Source: a virus
Taxonomy: Duplodnaviria; Caudoviricetes
DNA: 64,000 bases
Reading direction: 5' to 3' (one strand)
Virus record (IMG/VR): IMGVR_UViG_3300021425_000032
Coordinates: 1,562-65,561 of that record
Shown: positions 40,409 through 50,496 of the stretch, piece by piece
How positions within the stretch are numbered: the stretch's first letter is position 1
How the letters are laid out: each line of letters begins with the position of its first letter
The notes under the pieces: generated by a model
The model's database searches: none
Seen by the model: the letters and a program-made list of their open reading frames with translations, nothing else
Told to the model about the DNA's origin: nothing
Program-made: the position numbers and the translations under genes

Positions 40409-41235
40409 TCTTCTTTACGATTAACCATTATATCTGAACGTAAACTTTTACCAGCATTCTTACGATTGCCCTTCATATGGTCCATCCATTTACCTAACTC
40501 TGTATTAATTAATGGATGTCCGCCACCGCCACTTTTTGCTTCACGTAAATACATTTCTGCACTGTAGTCGTGACTAGGAAAGTCTCTGTATTTCTTAAGC
40601 ACTTCGCCAAATATATAACTGTCGTGCCACTCTGCTAGTGTAAACATACCATTATCTGCATCTTCATACATACGTTCAAATTCTTTTAAGAATTCATGAC
40701 ACACAGGATGGTTAAGATTTAATCCATAAAAGCCGCACTCTGGCCAAGTTTGTGATCCTTTACCTCTACCAACATATGTTATGTAATTGTTTTCTGGCAA
40801 CAAGCGTTTAAAGTCTTTGTGTTTCCACGGACTATGTATAAAGGTGTCTGCGTCCATCCATACAACCCATTTACCTAATCTACGCTCGCATGCATCAAAT
40901 ACAGCATATACTTTATTAGCAAAACGTACGGCGTCCCACTTAAATGCTTTCTGCCAATCCTTGCGGCCATTACGTGCTAAGTGATTTGAAATGTCTCCGT
41001 TAGCATGTGGTACGTCTTTATATTTTTCTTTAAATGCATTTAGTTTAGGTAACATTTCTTTTGCATCTAGTATTGTAATTTGTTCTGGATTTGGATTAGT
41101 AGGACTACAATTTTCTGCATACACAACTAACTTAACTTTGTGTTCAACATTTTCAGCAAAACTATCTATAAATCTTTGTCCATACAAACTTAGCCCAGGT
41201 TGATGAAAAGTTGTAACCACAGTTATATCATTCAT
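40390..41235 (-). CDS. GT-A nucleotide-diphospho-sugar transferase
   Basis: DAVRFANKVYA, WMDAD, ECGF, EWHDS, DHMKG. Confidence 0.75.
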   Translation of the reverse strand: MNDITVVTTFHQPGLSLYGQRFIDSFAENVEHKVKLVVYAENCSPTNPNPEQITILDAKEMLPKLNAFKEKYKDVPHANGDISNHLARNGRKDWQKAFKWDAVRFANKVYAVFDACERRLGKWVVWMDADTFIHSPWKHKDFKRLLPENNYITYVGRGKGSQTWPECGFYGLNLNHPVCHEFLKEFERMYEDADNGMFTLAEWHDSYIFGEVLKKYRDFPSHDYSAEMYLREAKSGGGGHPLINTELGKWMDHMKGNRKNAGKSLRSDIMVNRKEDYWVQR

Positions 41236-41275
41236 GTACGATTCCTTTTAAATACTTATATAGGATATTTAACCA

Positions 41276-42148
41276 ATGATTTTCTGTTTATACACTGATT
41301 ATGGCGCACTAAACAGCCAACCTGTATTCCACGCATTTGCTAAGAGTGTTGTTGATGCAGGACACACTGTCATTTACAACGAGCCTTATAAGGTAATGTC
41401 TCACTATGATAACTATGATGTTGCTGTTATATGGAGTGTGTTGTGGAATGGTCGCATGGCTAAGAACAAAATAGTTTGGGAACAAAATCGAAAGTTAGGC
41501 AAGCCAGTAATTGTTTTAGAAGTAGGAGCATTGAACAGAGGCACTATGTGGAAAGTAGGGCTTAACGGCATTAACAGAGATGCGTATTTTGCTCCTAGTA
41601 ATAACACAGACGAACGTGCAAAAATGTTAGGTTTAAAATTACAACCATGGACACATAACGAAGACGGTCCTATTGTAATTTGCTTACAGCATAACAAAAG
41701 TCAACAGTGGGCAAACATGCCGCCACAAGATAGATGGCTTGATAAAACATTATCTAGTATACGCAAACGTACTGACAAACAAATTATTATAAGGCCACAT
41801 CCAAGATGTTTAATACCGCCTTTTTCAGATGCATATAAAAATATAAAAGTACAAAATCCAATACGCAACAATGCAACATATGACGACTATGACTTTGATA
41901 TGTCCGAAGCATATGCTGTTGTTAGTTGGAGTAGTAATCCTGCTGTACACGCAATACTACAAGGTGTACCGGCGTTTGTAGGGCCTAGTAGTTTAGCATA
42001 CGATGTTGCACAACATAATGTAAAACAAATAAACAATCCTATAAGACCAGATAGAACACAATGGTTAAACGACCTTGCTCATACAGAGTATAGCACACAC
42101 GAAATAGCAGCCGGCATACCATTAAAACACTTGACATCAAAACTATAA
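41276..42148 (+). CDS. KpsS/KpsC-like capsule biosynthesis protein, paralogue 4
   Basis: TDKQIIIRPHPR, VVSWSSNPAVHAILQGVPAF. Confidence 0.65.
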   Translation: MIFCLYTDYGALNSQPVFHAFAKSVVDAGHTVIYNEPYKVMSHYDNYDVAVIWSVLWNGRMAKNKIVWEQNRKLGKPVIVLEVGALNRGTMWKVGLNGINRDAYFAPSNNTDERAKMLGLKLQPWTHNEDGPIVICLQHNKSQQWANMPPQDRWLDKTLSSIRKRTDKQIIIRPHPRCLIPPFSDAYKNIKVQNPIRNNATYDDYDFDMSEAYAVVSWSSNPAVHAILQGVPAFVGPSSLAYDVAQHNVKQINNPIRPDRTQWLNDLAHTEYSTHEIAAGIPLKHLTSKL

Positions 42149-42159
42149 TACGCTATAAT
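42131..42159 (+). promoter_or_regulatory. Consensus sigma70 promoter
   Basis: TTGACA-17nt-TATAAT. Confidence 0.85.
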
Positions 42160-42186
42160 GTAGTATATACATAGGAGAACAACCCC

Positions 42187-43422
42187 TTGAAGCATACTAT
42201 CGAAGATTGCCTTGAGTTAGTGGCAGGCCTGCGAGAAGGCGCTGGACCTGACCCTATTATTATTAGGAAAGAAGATGCAACTATTATGTTTAGCATCGCA
42301 AAACAAGTTCTTAGAGGCTTAGGTCTTAGTGACAAACAACATGCACTTATGAAAACTAAGTTGTTGAATTATAGTGATCAATTGTTAGCACATGAGATTG
42401 TTGTTGAGGAAACATTTAATAACTTAAGATATCCTTTACGTAAGATTGACAGATCAAAATATATAAAAATTGTTTCTAAAGAAGATATCTTTACAGAACC
42501 AAAAGGCGAGCGTTGGAAAAATCAACTGTTAAATTTACCTTGGATCAAAGTACGTTTTCCTTTTAGTAAAAAATTGATTGTAAGATTACAACAAATACCT
42601 ATGTCAGCAAGTACATATGTTCATCCAAAAGGTTCACATACACATTTTTTTGCACTTACTGAAGACGTAGTTTATAATCTTATAGAAGCATTTAAAGATA
42701 ATCATTTTGAAATTGATCAAGAAATTCTTGACATGTACAACGAAATAATTACTTGGAATAGAGAAGATTATGTACCGGGTGTTTTCAATGGGCAACTAAA
42801 AAACTTGCCTAAAAATATTATACAAGAGGTTACTAATAAATTAGGACAACCTTCAGCTGATAATATTCATTTATACTATGATAAAAGATTTGAATACGGC
42901 ATTGTTGATATAGACGAACCTATGAATGATCGAGGAGCACTTGTTAACGATATTGCTACTAGAAAAACCATATACAAATACATTAACAATAAAAAATTCC
43001 CTTTGCAAGAATTATTTAAAGCATTTCATGAGCTAGACAGTTACCCAATTAATATACTTGTAAGTGACGAAACAGCGTTTGATATAGTAACTCAAACACA
43101 TCAATTAGTGCGTAACTATATTCCTAACGACCAAATTACTGTATTGTATAGAATGGATACACATGATGATGTTAATGGTTATAACAAGTATATCAAAGAA
43201 AACAATCTAAATACTCCGGTTGACAAAGACACAAAAATAGTGTATACTCTAATGAGTAAGGTAAACAAGCCACTTGCTAAAAGTGACTGTTCGCCTAACA
43301 CAGCATTATCTTTTACTACAGATCGTCAATCGGTTTCAGGTGATATATCACAAGGTGTTACCCTGTATGTTGAGTATAGTGAAAAAGAACCAATATGGAG
43401 AGATTGGAGAATGAGTAGTTAA
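42187..43422 (+). CDS. Hypothetical protein coupled to uvsW
   Basis: 411-aa ORF; AGGAGA SD; TAATG junction with uvsW. Confidence 0.75.
   Translation: MKHTIEDCLELVAGLREGAGPDPIIIRKEDATIMFSIAKQVLRGLGLSDKQHALMKTKLLNYSDQLLAHEIVVEETFNNLRYPLRKIDRSKYIKIVSKEDIFTEPKGERWKNQLLNLPWIKVRFPFSKKLIVRLQQIPMSASTYVHPKGSHTHFFALTEDVVYNLIEAFKDNHFEIDQEILDMYNEIITWNREDYVPGVFNGQLKNLPKNIIQEVTNKLGQPSADNIHLYYDKRFEYGIVDIDEPMNDRGALVNDIATRKTIYKYINNKKFPLQELFKAFHELDSYPINILVSDETAFDIVTQTHQLVRNYIPNDQITVLYRMDTHDDVNGYNKYIKENNLNTPVDKDTKIVYTLMSKVNKPLAKSDCSPNTALSFTTDRQSVSGDISQGVTLYVEYSEKEPIWRDWRMSS
43220..43248 (+). promoter_or_regulatory. Intragenic sigma70 promoter upstream of uvsW
   Basis: TTGACA-17nt-TATACT, about 170 nt before the uvsW start. 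Confidence 0.65.
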
Positions 43423-44885
43423 TGGCAACATGTAGATTAATAATTGAAGATGAAGTAAACATCAAACTGGAAGGACTTGAAGTAGATGTACGTAGGAAGT
43501 TGGCGAACGCTCTCAAGTTTGAAGTGCCATATGCAAGATACATGCCACAATATAAACTTGGACGTTGGGACGGTAAAGTTGCTTTCTTTGGTATTGGCGG
43601 TACTGGTTATGTTAATCATCTCGATACAGTTGTCAGTGTACTTGAAAACAACAATGTCCAAATAGTAGACATTGAAGATAGACGTATACCTATACAATTA
43701 GATTTCCCACAAATTACAGAACGCTACTGGGCCGACCAAGGTGTACATTGGCCAAAGGGACATCCAGCAGAAGGCGAAGAAATTATTCTGCGTGATTACC
43801 AAGTAGAAGCAATTAACAATTTTCTTAAACATCCGCAGAGCTTGCAAGAAATTGCAACAGGTGCAGGTAAAACTATTACAACAGCAACACTGTCACACAT
43901 AAGCGAACCATATGGGCGTAGTCTTATTATTGTGCCTAACAAAAGTCTTGTTACGCAAACAGAAGAAGATTACATTAACTGTGGTTTGGATGTAGGGGTG
44001 TACTTTGGCGACAGGAAAGAACTAGGTAAGACTCACACCATATGCACTTGGCAAAGTTTGAATATACTTGATAAGAAGCATAAGGATGGATCGGCAGTGT
44101 TATCACTAGCAGAATTCTTAGATGGTGTAAGCACTGTTATTGTTGACGAAGTACACCAAGCAAAGGCAGAAGTTTTAAAAACATTACTAACACGTAATTT
44201 AAAAAATGCTCCAATACGTTGGGGACTAACAGGCACAGTACCTAAAGAAAAGTTTGAGTTTGAATCAATTCATGCAAGTTTAGGTCCTGTTATTGGTAAT
44301 ATAACTGCAAAAGAGTTGCAAGACAAAGGCGTATTATCGTCGTGCCATGTTAACGTTTGTCAATTAATTGACACTGTTGCACATAGAGATTATCAATCAG
44401 AATTAAAGTATTTGACAACAGATACATTACGTTTAGCGTACATAGGCAAATTATTAAACACAATAAAAGACTCAGGCAACACACTTATATTAGTAGATAG
44501 AATTAGTGCAGGTGAAGCACTAGCAGAATTGATTCCAGGATCAGTTTTTGTAAAGGGCGATGTTAAATTAAAAGATCGCAAGGAGGCATATGATGAAATC
44601 AATGAAGGTACTAACCACGTGGTTATCGCAACATACGGGGTCGCGGCTGTGGGTATTAATATACCGCGCATTTTTAATCTTGTTCTCATTGAGCCTGGCA
44701 AAAGTTTTGTCAGGGTAATACAAAGTATAGGCAGAGGCGTAAGAAAGGCAAAAGACAAAGACTTCGTACAAATATGGGACATTACGTCAACATGTAAGTT
44801 TGCGAAGAGACACTTAACACAACGAAAAAAATTCTATAAGGAAGCCCAATACCCTTTCACAATAGAAAAAATTGATTGGAACTAA
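43422..44885 (+). CDS. uvsW: SF2 helicase (UvsW-like)
   Basis: LRDYQ, ATGAGKT, DEVH, GLTGT, QSIGRGVR. Confidence 0.92.
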   Translation: MATCRLIIEDEVNIKLEGLEVDVRRKLANALKFEVPYARYMPQYKLGRWDGKVAFFGIGGTGYVNHLDTVVSVLENNNVQIVDIEDRRIPIQLDFPQITERYWADQGVHWPKGHPAEGEEIILRDYQVEAINNFLKHPQSLQEIATGAGKTITTATLSHISEPYGRSLIIVPNKSLVTQTEEDYINCGLDVGVYFGDRKELGKTHTICTWQSLNILDKKHKDGSAVLSLAEFLDGVSTVIVDEVHQAKAEVLKTLLTRNLKNAPIRWGLTGTVPKEKFEFESIHASLGPVIGNITAKELQDKGVLSSCHVNVCQLIDTVAHRDYQSELKYLTTDTLRLAYIGKLLNTIKDSGNTLILVDRISAGEALAELIPGSVFVKGDVKLKDRKEAYDEINEGTNHVVIATYGVAAVGINIPRIFNLVLIEPGKSFVRVIQSIGRGVRKAKDKDFVQIWDITSTCKFAKRHLTQRKKFYKEAQYPFTIEKIDWN

Positions 44886-44887
44886 AA

Positions 44888-45394
44888 ATGAGAATACTAA
44901 CACTTGAAAATCAATGCTTTCATCTAGACAAACTGCCTGATGAAATCGATGAAGATATACGTTTTAGTGTGCTTGATAATTCAGATCCAAAGGAACCAGA
45001 TTTCTTTTTTATTCCTTTGATATTCTTAGAATCATTTAGCGCACCAGCTATGGTCCTTAACATTGGAGGACACGAAGTTACATTGCCTGTAGATTGGCAC
45101 ATTGCTGTAGGAGATCATGAGTCCGGAATGGACTTAGAAGTACTACCGCTAACTAGTTTAAATGATAGAGGTTTTGAAGCATGGCTGTTTAATCCACTAT
45201 CAGGATTTAAATCAGACTATGGCCATATAGAAATAGTAAACTTTTACAACGATGTAAAATGGTACTTTCCAAAAATGAAGAATGGACAACTATTAAGTAT
45301 GCCGCTTACTGACAAATCAGAGCCAGAATGCATCTTTATTGCTAAAGATATTACACGTCAAAGCGAAGTAATAGAATACGCTTCATTAATATAA
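44888..45394 (+). CDS. Hypothetical protein
   Basis: Long ORF directly after uvsW. Confidence 0.75.
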   Translation: MRILTLENQCFHLDKLPDEIDEDIRFSVLDNSDPKEPDFFFIPLIFLESFSAPAMVLNIGGHEVTLPVDWHIAVGDHESGMDLEVLPLTSLNDRGFEAWLFNPLSGFKSDYGHIEIVNFYNDVKWYFPKMKNGQLLSMPLTDKSEPECIFIAKDITRQSEVIEYASLI

Positions 45395-45405
45395 AGGAGA
45401 ATATT

Positions 45406-45756
45406 ATGGGAATAAAAGCAGGAAAAATATGGGGCAACACAGAGTTGATACATGCAAACGGTGTACTAGAGTTTCACCGTATTGAATTCAACAAAGGTTA
45501 CAAATGTTCGGAGCACGAACATAGATTTAAATGGAATGGCTTTTATGTAGAGTCAGGACAGATGTTGGTACGTGTGTGGCAAGAAGACCAAGGACTAGTT
45601 GATGAAACTATTCTAAACGCAGGCGACTTTACACAAGTTAAACCAGGTAAAGTACACCAGTTTGAAGGACTAGAAGATGGTGTAGCATTTGAATTATACT
45701 GGGCAGAATTTAACCACGATGATATCGTAAGGCGTACAGTAGGTTCAGAAGTATAG
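45406..45756 (+). CDS. Cupin (sugar isomerase-like)
   Basis: KIWG, CSEHEH..K.NGF, PGKVHQF, FELY. Confidence 0.75.
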   Translation: MGIKAGKIWGNTELIHANGVLEFHRIEFNKGYKCSEHEHRFKWNGFYVESGQMLVRVWQEDQGLVDETILNAGDFTQVKPGKVHQFEGLEDGVAFELYWAEFNHDDIVRRTVGSEV

Positions 45757-45757
45757 A

Positions 45758-46318
45758 ATGTATTCACAGAAGTATATAGAAGAACTTCGTGTAGTGCATG
45801 CTGATAAAAGTCGAACAAAAGGCTTTGGCGGCAAGACTAAAAACCTTGGCAAGTTTCACAAGTATGTTGAAATGTGGCAGCCTAGATCATTATTAGATTA
45901 TGGGTGCGGCAAAGGCGGCATATTGTCTGACTTACAATCTAGATATAGACATATAAATTGTGTAGGGTATGATCCTGCTGTTGATATGTTTAATAACACA
46001 CCTACTCCAGTAGAGTGTGTTTTCTCTAATGACGTACTAGAACACATAGAGCCCGAATATCTAAATCAAGTGTTGTGTCATATAAATGAATTAAGTACAT
46101 TGTGTGTTTGGTTACGTATTGATACAGTTCCTGCACGTAAACGTTTACGTGATGGAAGAAATGCACATCTAATATTAGAAAATCAAACATGGTGGACAAA
46201 ACAAATTAGTAGATATATAGACGGCATAATAATTTATAATAATCTAAACAATAAAGGAAAACTAGATATTGCAATCCAAAAGCGACAAAATGATACCGGG
46301 AGAAGCACTGATATATGA
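45758..46318 (+). CDS. Class I SAM methyltransferase
   Basis: LDYGCGKG, YDPA, DVLEHIEP, GRNAHL. Confidence 0.85.
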   Translation: MYSQKYIEELRVVHADKSRTKGFGGKTKNLGKFHKYVEMWQPRSLLDYGCGKGGILSDLQSRYRHINCVGYDPAVDMFNNTPTPVECVFSNDVLEHIEPEYLNQVLCHINELSTLCVWLRIDTVPARKRLRDGRNAHLILENQTWWTKQISRYIDGIIIYNNLNNKGKLDIAIQKRQNDTGRSTDI

Positions 46319-46544
46319 ACGTGCTGATGGCGTAATATATGCACGTTATAGAGATCCGCCACACAATAAAAAGCCTCGTTGGATAATAGGTGGTGATCCT
46401 GGTGCTGTAGCAAGAGCCCAAGGACGATTGCTAGACTACGGTGAATGGCAAAAATTGTGTGACATGTGTGAAACAAACTCTACTCTTAATAAATTAATGG
46501 ATAGGCTTGTTAACACATATTATGTAATGAAGGAAAGAGAATGA
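46290..46544 (+). CDS. Hypothetical protein
   Basis: IYERADG..YAR; fills the operon gap. Confidence 0.6.
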   Translation: MIPGEALIYERADGVIYARYRDPPHNKKPRWIIGGDPGAVARAQGRLLDYGEWQKLCDMCETNSTLNKLMDRLVNTYYVMKERE

Positions 46545-47134
46545 TACACCATGAACCTTGTGTGTCTAAAATGACACTAATACAATTAGAACGTAGTAGT
46601 AAAATACTAGCAGAAGAAGTGTCACAAAGATTTGATGAGTTTTATAAAACATTCCCTAAAGGATATATGAAGTTTGCAGAGGGAAGTCGTAGTACAGAAT
46701 TGTATGAAGCCTATAATGTTTTCTTATGTCATTACCCGGGCTTTACTGAACTATATAGACAAATTGTAACTACAATTAAATCCAAAATACCAAACTACCA
46801 AGAGTATGCACTTGCTGGCTGGGTAAACGTATACAACAAAGGTGGCTACCTAAACTGGCACAAACATGGTCCAGAGAATGTAGTACACGACGGCAGATGG
46901 CACGGATATGTTGCTGTTAATGCTGAGCCTAGTCAAACAATGTATCGAGATAAAGACGAAATTGTTAAAACAATTGATAACAAAAACGGATACATTACTC
47001 TAAGTCCTGCAGGACTTTATCATCGTGTTAGCGAATGGGAAAAGGATCAACCTCGCATAACAATAGCGTTTGACGTTATCAAACGTGACCAAATTGATCC
47101 TTTATTAATGAACAGATGGATACCAATAATATGA
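46541..47134 (+). CDS. Putative 2OG-Fe(II) oxygenase
   Basis: WVN...WHKH, HRV, RITIAFD. Confidence 0.65.
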   Translation: MIHHEPCVSKMTLIQLERSSKILAEEVSQRFDEFYKTFPKGYMKFAEGSRSTELYEAYNVFLCHYPGFTELYRQIVTTIKSKIPNYQEYALAGWVNVYNKGGYLNWHKHGPENVVHDGRWHGYVAVNAEPSQTMYRDKDEIVKTIDNKNGYITLSPAGLYHRVSEWEKDQPRITIAFDVIKRDQIDPLLMNRWIPII

Positions 47135-47313
47135 GACATAAAATAGCAGGAGTAATTTTTTTACTGTTAGGTATATACTTTTTGTACCAAGACACAATGC
47201 CAATGCACGGCAATACACTTTTAGGCATAGGAGAAATGACTTGGATGTGGTTTACAATGGCCGTAGTACATTTCTTTATACGTGATTGTAATTGCAAGGA
47301 GTGTTGCAAATGA
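47131..47313 (+). CDS. Small membrane protein
   Basis: Two hydrophobic segments; ATGA overlaps at both ends. Confidence 0.6.
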   Translation: MRHKIAGVIFLLLGIYFLYQDTMPMHGNTLLGIGEMTWMWFTMAVVHFFIRDCNCKECCK

Positions 47314-48086
47314 GAATAATTGCAGGGCCATGCCAACACGAATCACTAGATAAAAGTTATGAAATTGCTAAAGAATGTAAACGTGTGTGCGATAAACTTG
47401 GCATTGAGTATTATTTCAAAGCAAGTTATGATAAAGCAAATCGCACAAGTGCATCTGGTATCCGCGGACAAGGATTGCCTGCAACGATGGCAGACTTTCG
47501 CACATTAAAAGAAAAGTTAAATATTAAAACACTAACAGATGTACACAATCAAAATGAAATATTAAAGATTGGTGCATATTATGATGACGCTGTTGATGTT
47601 ATACAGATACCTGCATTTCTTTGTAGACAAACAGACTTAATAAAAGCTGCATGTAAAACAGGTAAAATAGTAAATATAAAAAAGGGTCAGTTCTTAGCAC
47701 CTTGGGATATGAAAGGTGTACTAAGTAAAACTGAAGGTGCAAAAGAAGTTTGGATAACTGAACGAGGAACTAGTTTTGGATATAACACTCTTGTCGTGGA
47801 TTTCACTGGTCTACAGTATATGCTTGATAATTATGATGTGCCTATCGTGTTGGATGGCACTCACGCAGTACAGAAGCCGGGAGGACAGGGTGACTCTAGT
47901 GGCGGTAATCGTAATTATGTCCCTGGGCTCGTTCGTGCTGGGTCTGCTCTTGGGATCGACTCCTTCTTTATGGAAGTCCATGCTGACCCTGATGTAGCAC
48001 CTAGTGATGGTCCTAACATGCTATACTTAAAAGACTTTGAGGAGGTGGTACGTGACATCGTCAGCTATTCATATGAGAAACTGTAG
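47310..48086 (+). CDS. kdsA: 3-deoxy-D-manno-octulosonate 8-phosphate (KDO8P) synthase
   Basis: IAGPC, FKASYDKANRTS, QIPAFLCRQTD, NIKKGQF, ERGTSFGY, APSDG. Confidence 0.96.
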   Translation: MRIIAGPCQHESLDKSYEIAKECKRVCDKLGIEYYFKASYDKANRTSASGIRGQGLPATMADFRTLKEKLNIKTLTDVHNQNEILKIGAYYDDAVDVIQIPAFLCRQTDLIKAACKTGKIVNIKKGQFLAPWDMKGVLSKTEGAKEVWITERGTSFGYNTLVVDFTGLQYMLDNYDVPIVLDGTHAVQKPGGQGDSSGGNRNYVPGLVRAGSALGIDSFFMEVHADPDVAPSDGPNMLYLKDFEEVVRDIVSYSYEKL

Positions 48087-48210
48087 CACATGTAAAAAGC
48101 CTGTCAACTTATATGACATCAAATATCATACGGCTGACAAAAAGCATATATTTTGTAATGCTTATTGTTCCTTTGAGTTCTACAAACAAAAGGATAAGCC
48201 AATAATATGA
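48073..48210 (+). CDS. 45-aa zinc-finger protein (not in the ORF track)
   Basis: MRNCSTCKK...IFCNAYCS; an in-frame GTG at 48052 with a GGAGGT SD is an alternative start. Confidence 0.6.
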   Translation: MRNCSTCKKPVNLYDIKYHTADKKHIFCNAYCSFEFYKQKDKPII

Positions 48211-48247
48211 GGTTGCTTTTTAAACTTAACGAGTGTATATTAATAGT

Positions 48248-48697
48248 ATGAACAAACTTCCAATTAAAGATATATTAGCCGCAATAGACATGGGTGCAAA
48301 GTCTGTGTGGGATGAATTAAATGAAGAAGAGCGTAAGTCAGTTGGCTTCTGGTTACTAAACAGATATGCAAGTAGTGTTACGGGTAATAGAGAAAAACAA
48401 GAACTTGCTATTTTTAAAACAAATGAATTCTACAACAAGAACTGGAACGAACTAGGAATGAGACATCCTAAGTTGCAATGGCAACTTATATGTCAATCAG
48501 GCAACACAGGAAAAATAGAATTTCATCCTTGGATTGGTTTTAAAAAGAAAAACGGCGACAACAGTAAAGGTATTAAATTACTAAAACAAATTCACCCTAA
48601 CATGAAGGAAGACGAGATTGAGCTCCTTGCAAACATATCTACCAAAAAAGAACTCAAGCAATTGGCTGAAGAATATGACATCGAAATCAAACTCTAA
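48248..48697 (+). CDS. Possible clamp-loader small subunit (gp62-like)
   Basis: FWLLNRYAS...NE...HPKLQW...PWI pattern; TTGCTT-17-TATATT promoter 6 nt before the ATG. Confidence 0.45.
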   Translation: MNKLPIKDILAAIDMGAKSVWDELNEEERKSVGFWLLNRYASSVTGNREKQELAIFKTNEFYNKNWNELGMRHPKLQWQLICQSGNTGKIEFHPWIGFKKKNGDNSKGIKLLKQIHPNMKEDEIELLANISTKKELKQLAEEYDIEIKL

Positions 48698-49373
48698 TAA
48701 ACCTTACGTATGTGAATACTGTGGCACAGGTTATTCAAGAGAAAAGACTCTTGCTGTACATATGTGTGAACAGAAACGTAGGCATTTACAAAAAAATGAA
48801 AAGAGAGTTACATTAGGTTTCTATGCCTTTAATCAGTTTTACAAATTAAGTGCAGGCGCAAGAAAAGATAAAACATATCAAGAGTTTTGTAAAAGTCCTT
48901 ACTACAATGCGTTTGTAAAGTTTGGTAGTTTTGTCAACAATGTAAAACCGTTATATCCTGAGAAGTATGTCGACCATGTAGTAACATCAGGTGTTAAACT
49001 TGACCATTGGTGTCGAGAAGAAATGTATGAAAAATATGCTATTGAACTTATTCGTAAAGAAGGTGTTGAAACAGCACTAGAACGTAGTGTTATGACTATG
49101 ATGGAATGGGCAGAAGAAAATAATAGTGTATGGAATCATTATTTCTTTTATTGTAGTTTAAATCGTGCAGCATGGCATATTAAAGATGGTAAGATAAGTC
49201 CTTGGCTTGTATTAAATTGTAAGAGCGGAAAAGAGATGCTAAGTAAGTTTAGTGATGAACAACTAAACATAATCTTTCATATTATGGATCCTCAGCACTG
49301 GGCTATGCGTTTTAAACGTAACCCTGCTGATGTATTACTAGTAAAAGAAGTTGCAAAAGAATCGAATCTATGA
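48675..49373 (+). CDS. Hypothetical protein with an N-terminal zinc finger
   Basis: YVCEYC...VHMC; GKISPW. Confidence 0.7.
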   Translation: MTSKSNSNKPYVCEYCGTGYSREKTLAVHMCEQKRRHLQKNEKRVTLGFYAFNQFYKLSAGARKDKTYQEFCKSPYYNAFVKFGSFVNNVKPLYPEKYVDHVVTSGVKLDHWCREEMYEKYAIELIRKEGVETALERSVMTMMEWAEENNSVWNHYFFYCSLNRAAWHIKDGKISPWLVLNCKSGKEMLSKFSDEQLNIIFHIMDPQHWAMRFKRNPADVLLVKEVAKESNL

Positions 49374-50074
49374 AGCTAGACAAGCATCAATATACGCGAG
49401 AAGAATGGCGTAGAGTACGTCACTTCCGCCGTCTAGAAAAAGAACAAAATAAAATAAAAGAAGAAAAGCAAAAAAAATTAGAACGTAATTGTGCATTTAT
49501 AATAAGTCAACCTAAAGCAGGAACATACTTACTTGCAAATTTACTCGCAAACTTTGGCATGTATTCAACAGGGTGGCATGTAAAAAATGGCAAGTATAGA
49601 GTATACGATATAAGAAAACCCCTTCCAAAATTCGAAAAGAAACGTGATCTAAAAAAATATATACAAAGTGTAACATTTCAAATAGGTGGCTTTAGTGAAA
49701 TAATAGACTCTATACCACACAACGGATTTGCACAAGGACATTTAGAATATCAAGGCAAGTATATTAAACCTCTGAGGGGAGTAAAAAAGATTTTATTAAC
49801 ACGACCGCATGATCAGCATAAGCAATCTATAAAAAGATTTCAAGATGAAATGCACGGTGACACAGCGGTAACAGAAGAAGCATATCATAATATAGCAGGT
49901 TGGGCAGAACATGAAGATGTTTTTCATTTAACATTTAATGATCTTATCAAACCTAGATATGCAAAACTAAGAAAACTTCAAACGTTTTTGTTTGGAGAAG
50001 TAATTTGTGATGAAGTACAAGCAATACAAAAAGCACTTGCAAGTCCATCACCAACCAAAAGCAGTATAAGATGA
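49370..50074 (+). CDS. Sulfotransferase-like protein
   Basis: SQPKAGTYLL PAPS-binding loop, ILLTR, LTFNDL. Confidence 0.6.
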   Translation: MKLDKHQYTREEWRRVRHFRRLEKEQNKIKEEKQKKLERNCAFIISQPKAGTYLLANLLANFGMYSTGWHVKNGKYRVYDIRKPLPKFEKKRDLKKYIQSVTFQIGGFSEIIDSIPHNGFAQGHLEYQGKYIKPLRGVKKILLTRPHDQHKQSIKRFQDEMHGDTAVTEEAYHNIAGWAEHEDVFHLTFNDLIKPRYAKLRKLQTFLFGEVICDEVQAIQKALASPSPTKSSIR

Positions 50075-50496
50075 AAATATTAATTTTTGGTCTGCCAGGT
50101 AGCGGTAAGAGTACACTAGCAAAACCATTTGCAGACTTAATAGGCGGCGTACATATAAACGCAGACGAAGTGCGTACTAAGTATAATGATTGGGACTTTA
50201 CACCCGAAGGACGTATTAGACAAGCACAACGTATGAGATATCTAGCAGACGGTGTAGTAATGGCAGGTAAAGTTGCTGTAGCAGACTTTGTATGTCCTAC
50301 TGAAAAAGCACGTTTAGAGTTTGGCCCAGATTATACAGTTTGGATGGATACTATTAAAGAAGGTAGATTTGAAGATACAAACGCTATGTTTGAAAAACCT
50401 AACAAGGTTGATTATCATGTAGCAAATTGGTTTGCTGATACACATACACAACTTATGCCTGTTGTAAAAAGATGGATGGAGAAAAATAATGTTTGA
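50071..50496 (+). CDS. Adenylyl-sulfate (APS) kinase-like protein
   Basis: GLPGSGKST, NADEVR, DFTPEGRIRQ, FVCP, FEKP. Confidence 0.75.
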   Translation: MKILIFGLPGSGKSTLAKPFADLIGGVHINADEVRTKYNDWDFTPEGRIRQAQRMRYLADGVVMAGKVAVADFVCPTEKARLEFGPDYTVWMDTIKEGRFEDTNAMFEKPNKVDYHVANWFADTHTQLMPVVKRWMEKNNV

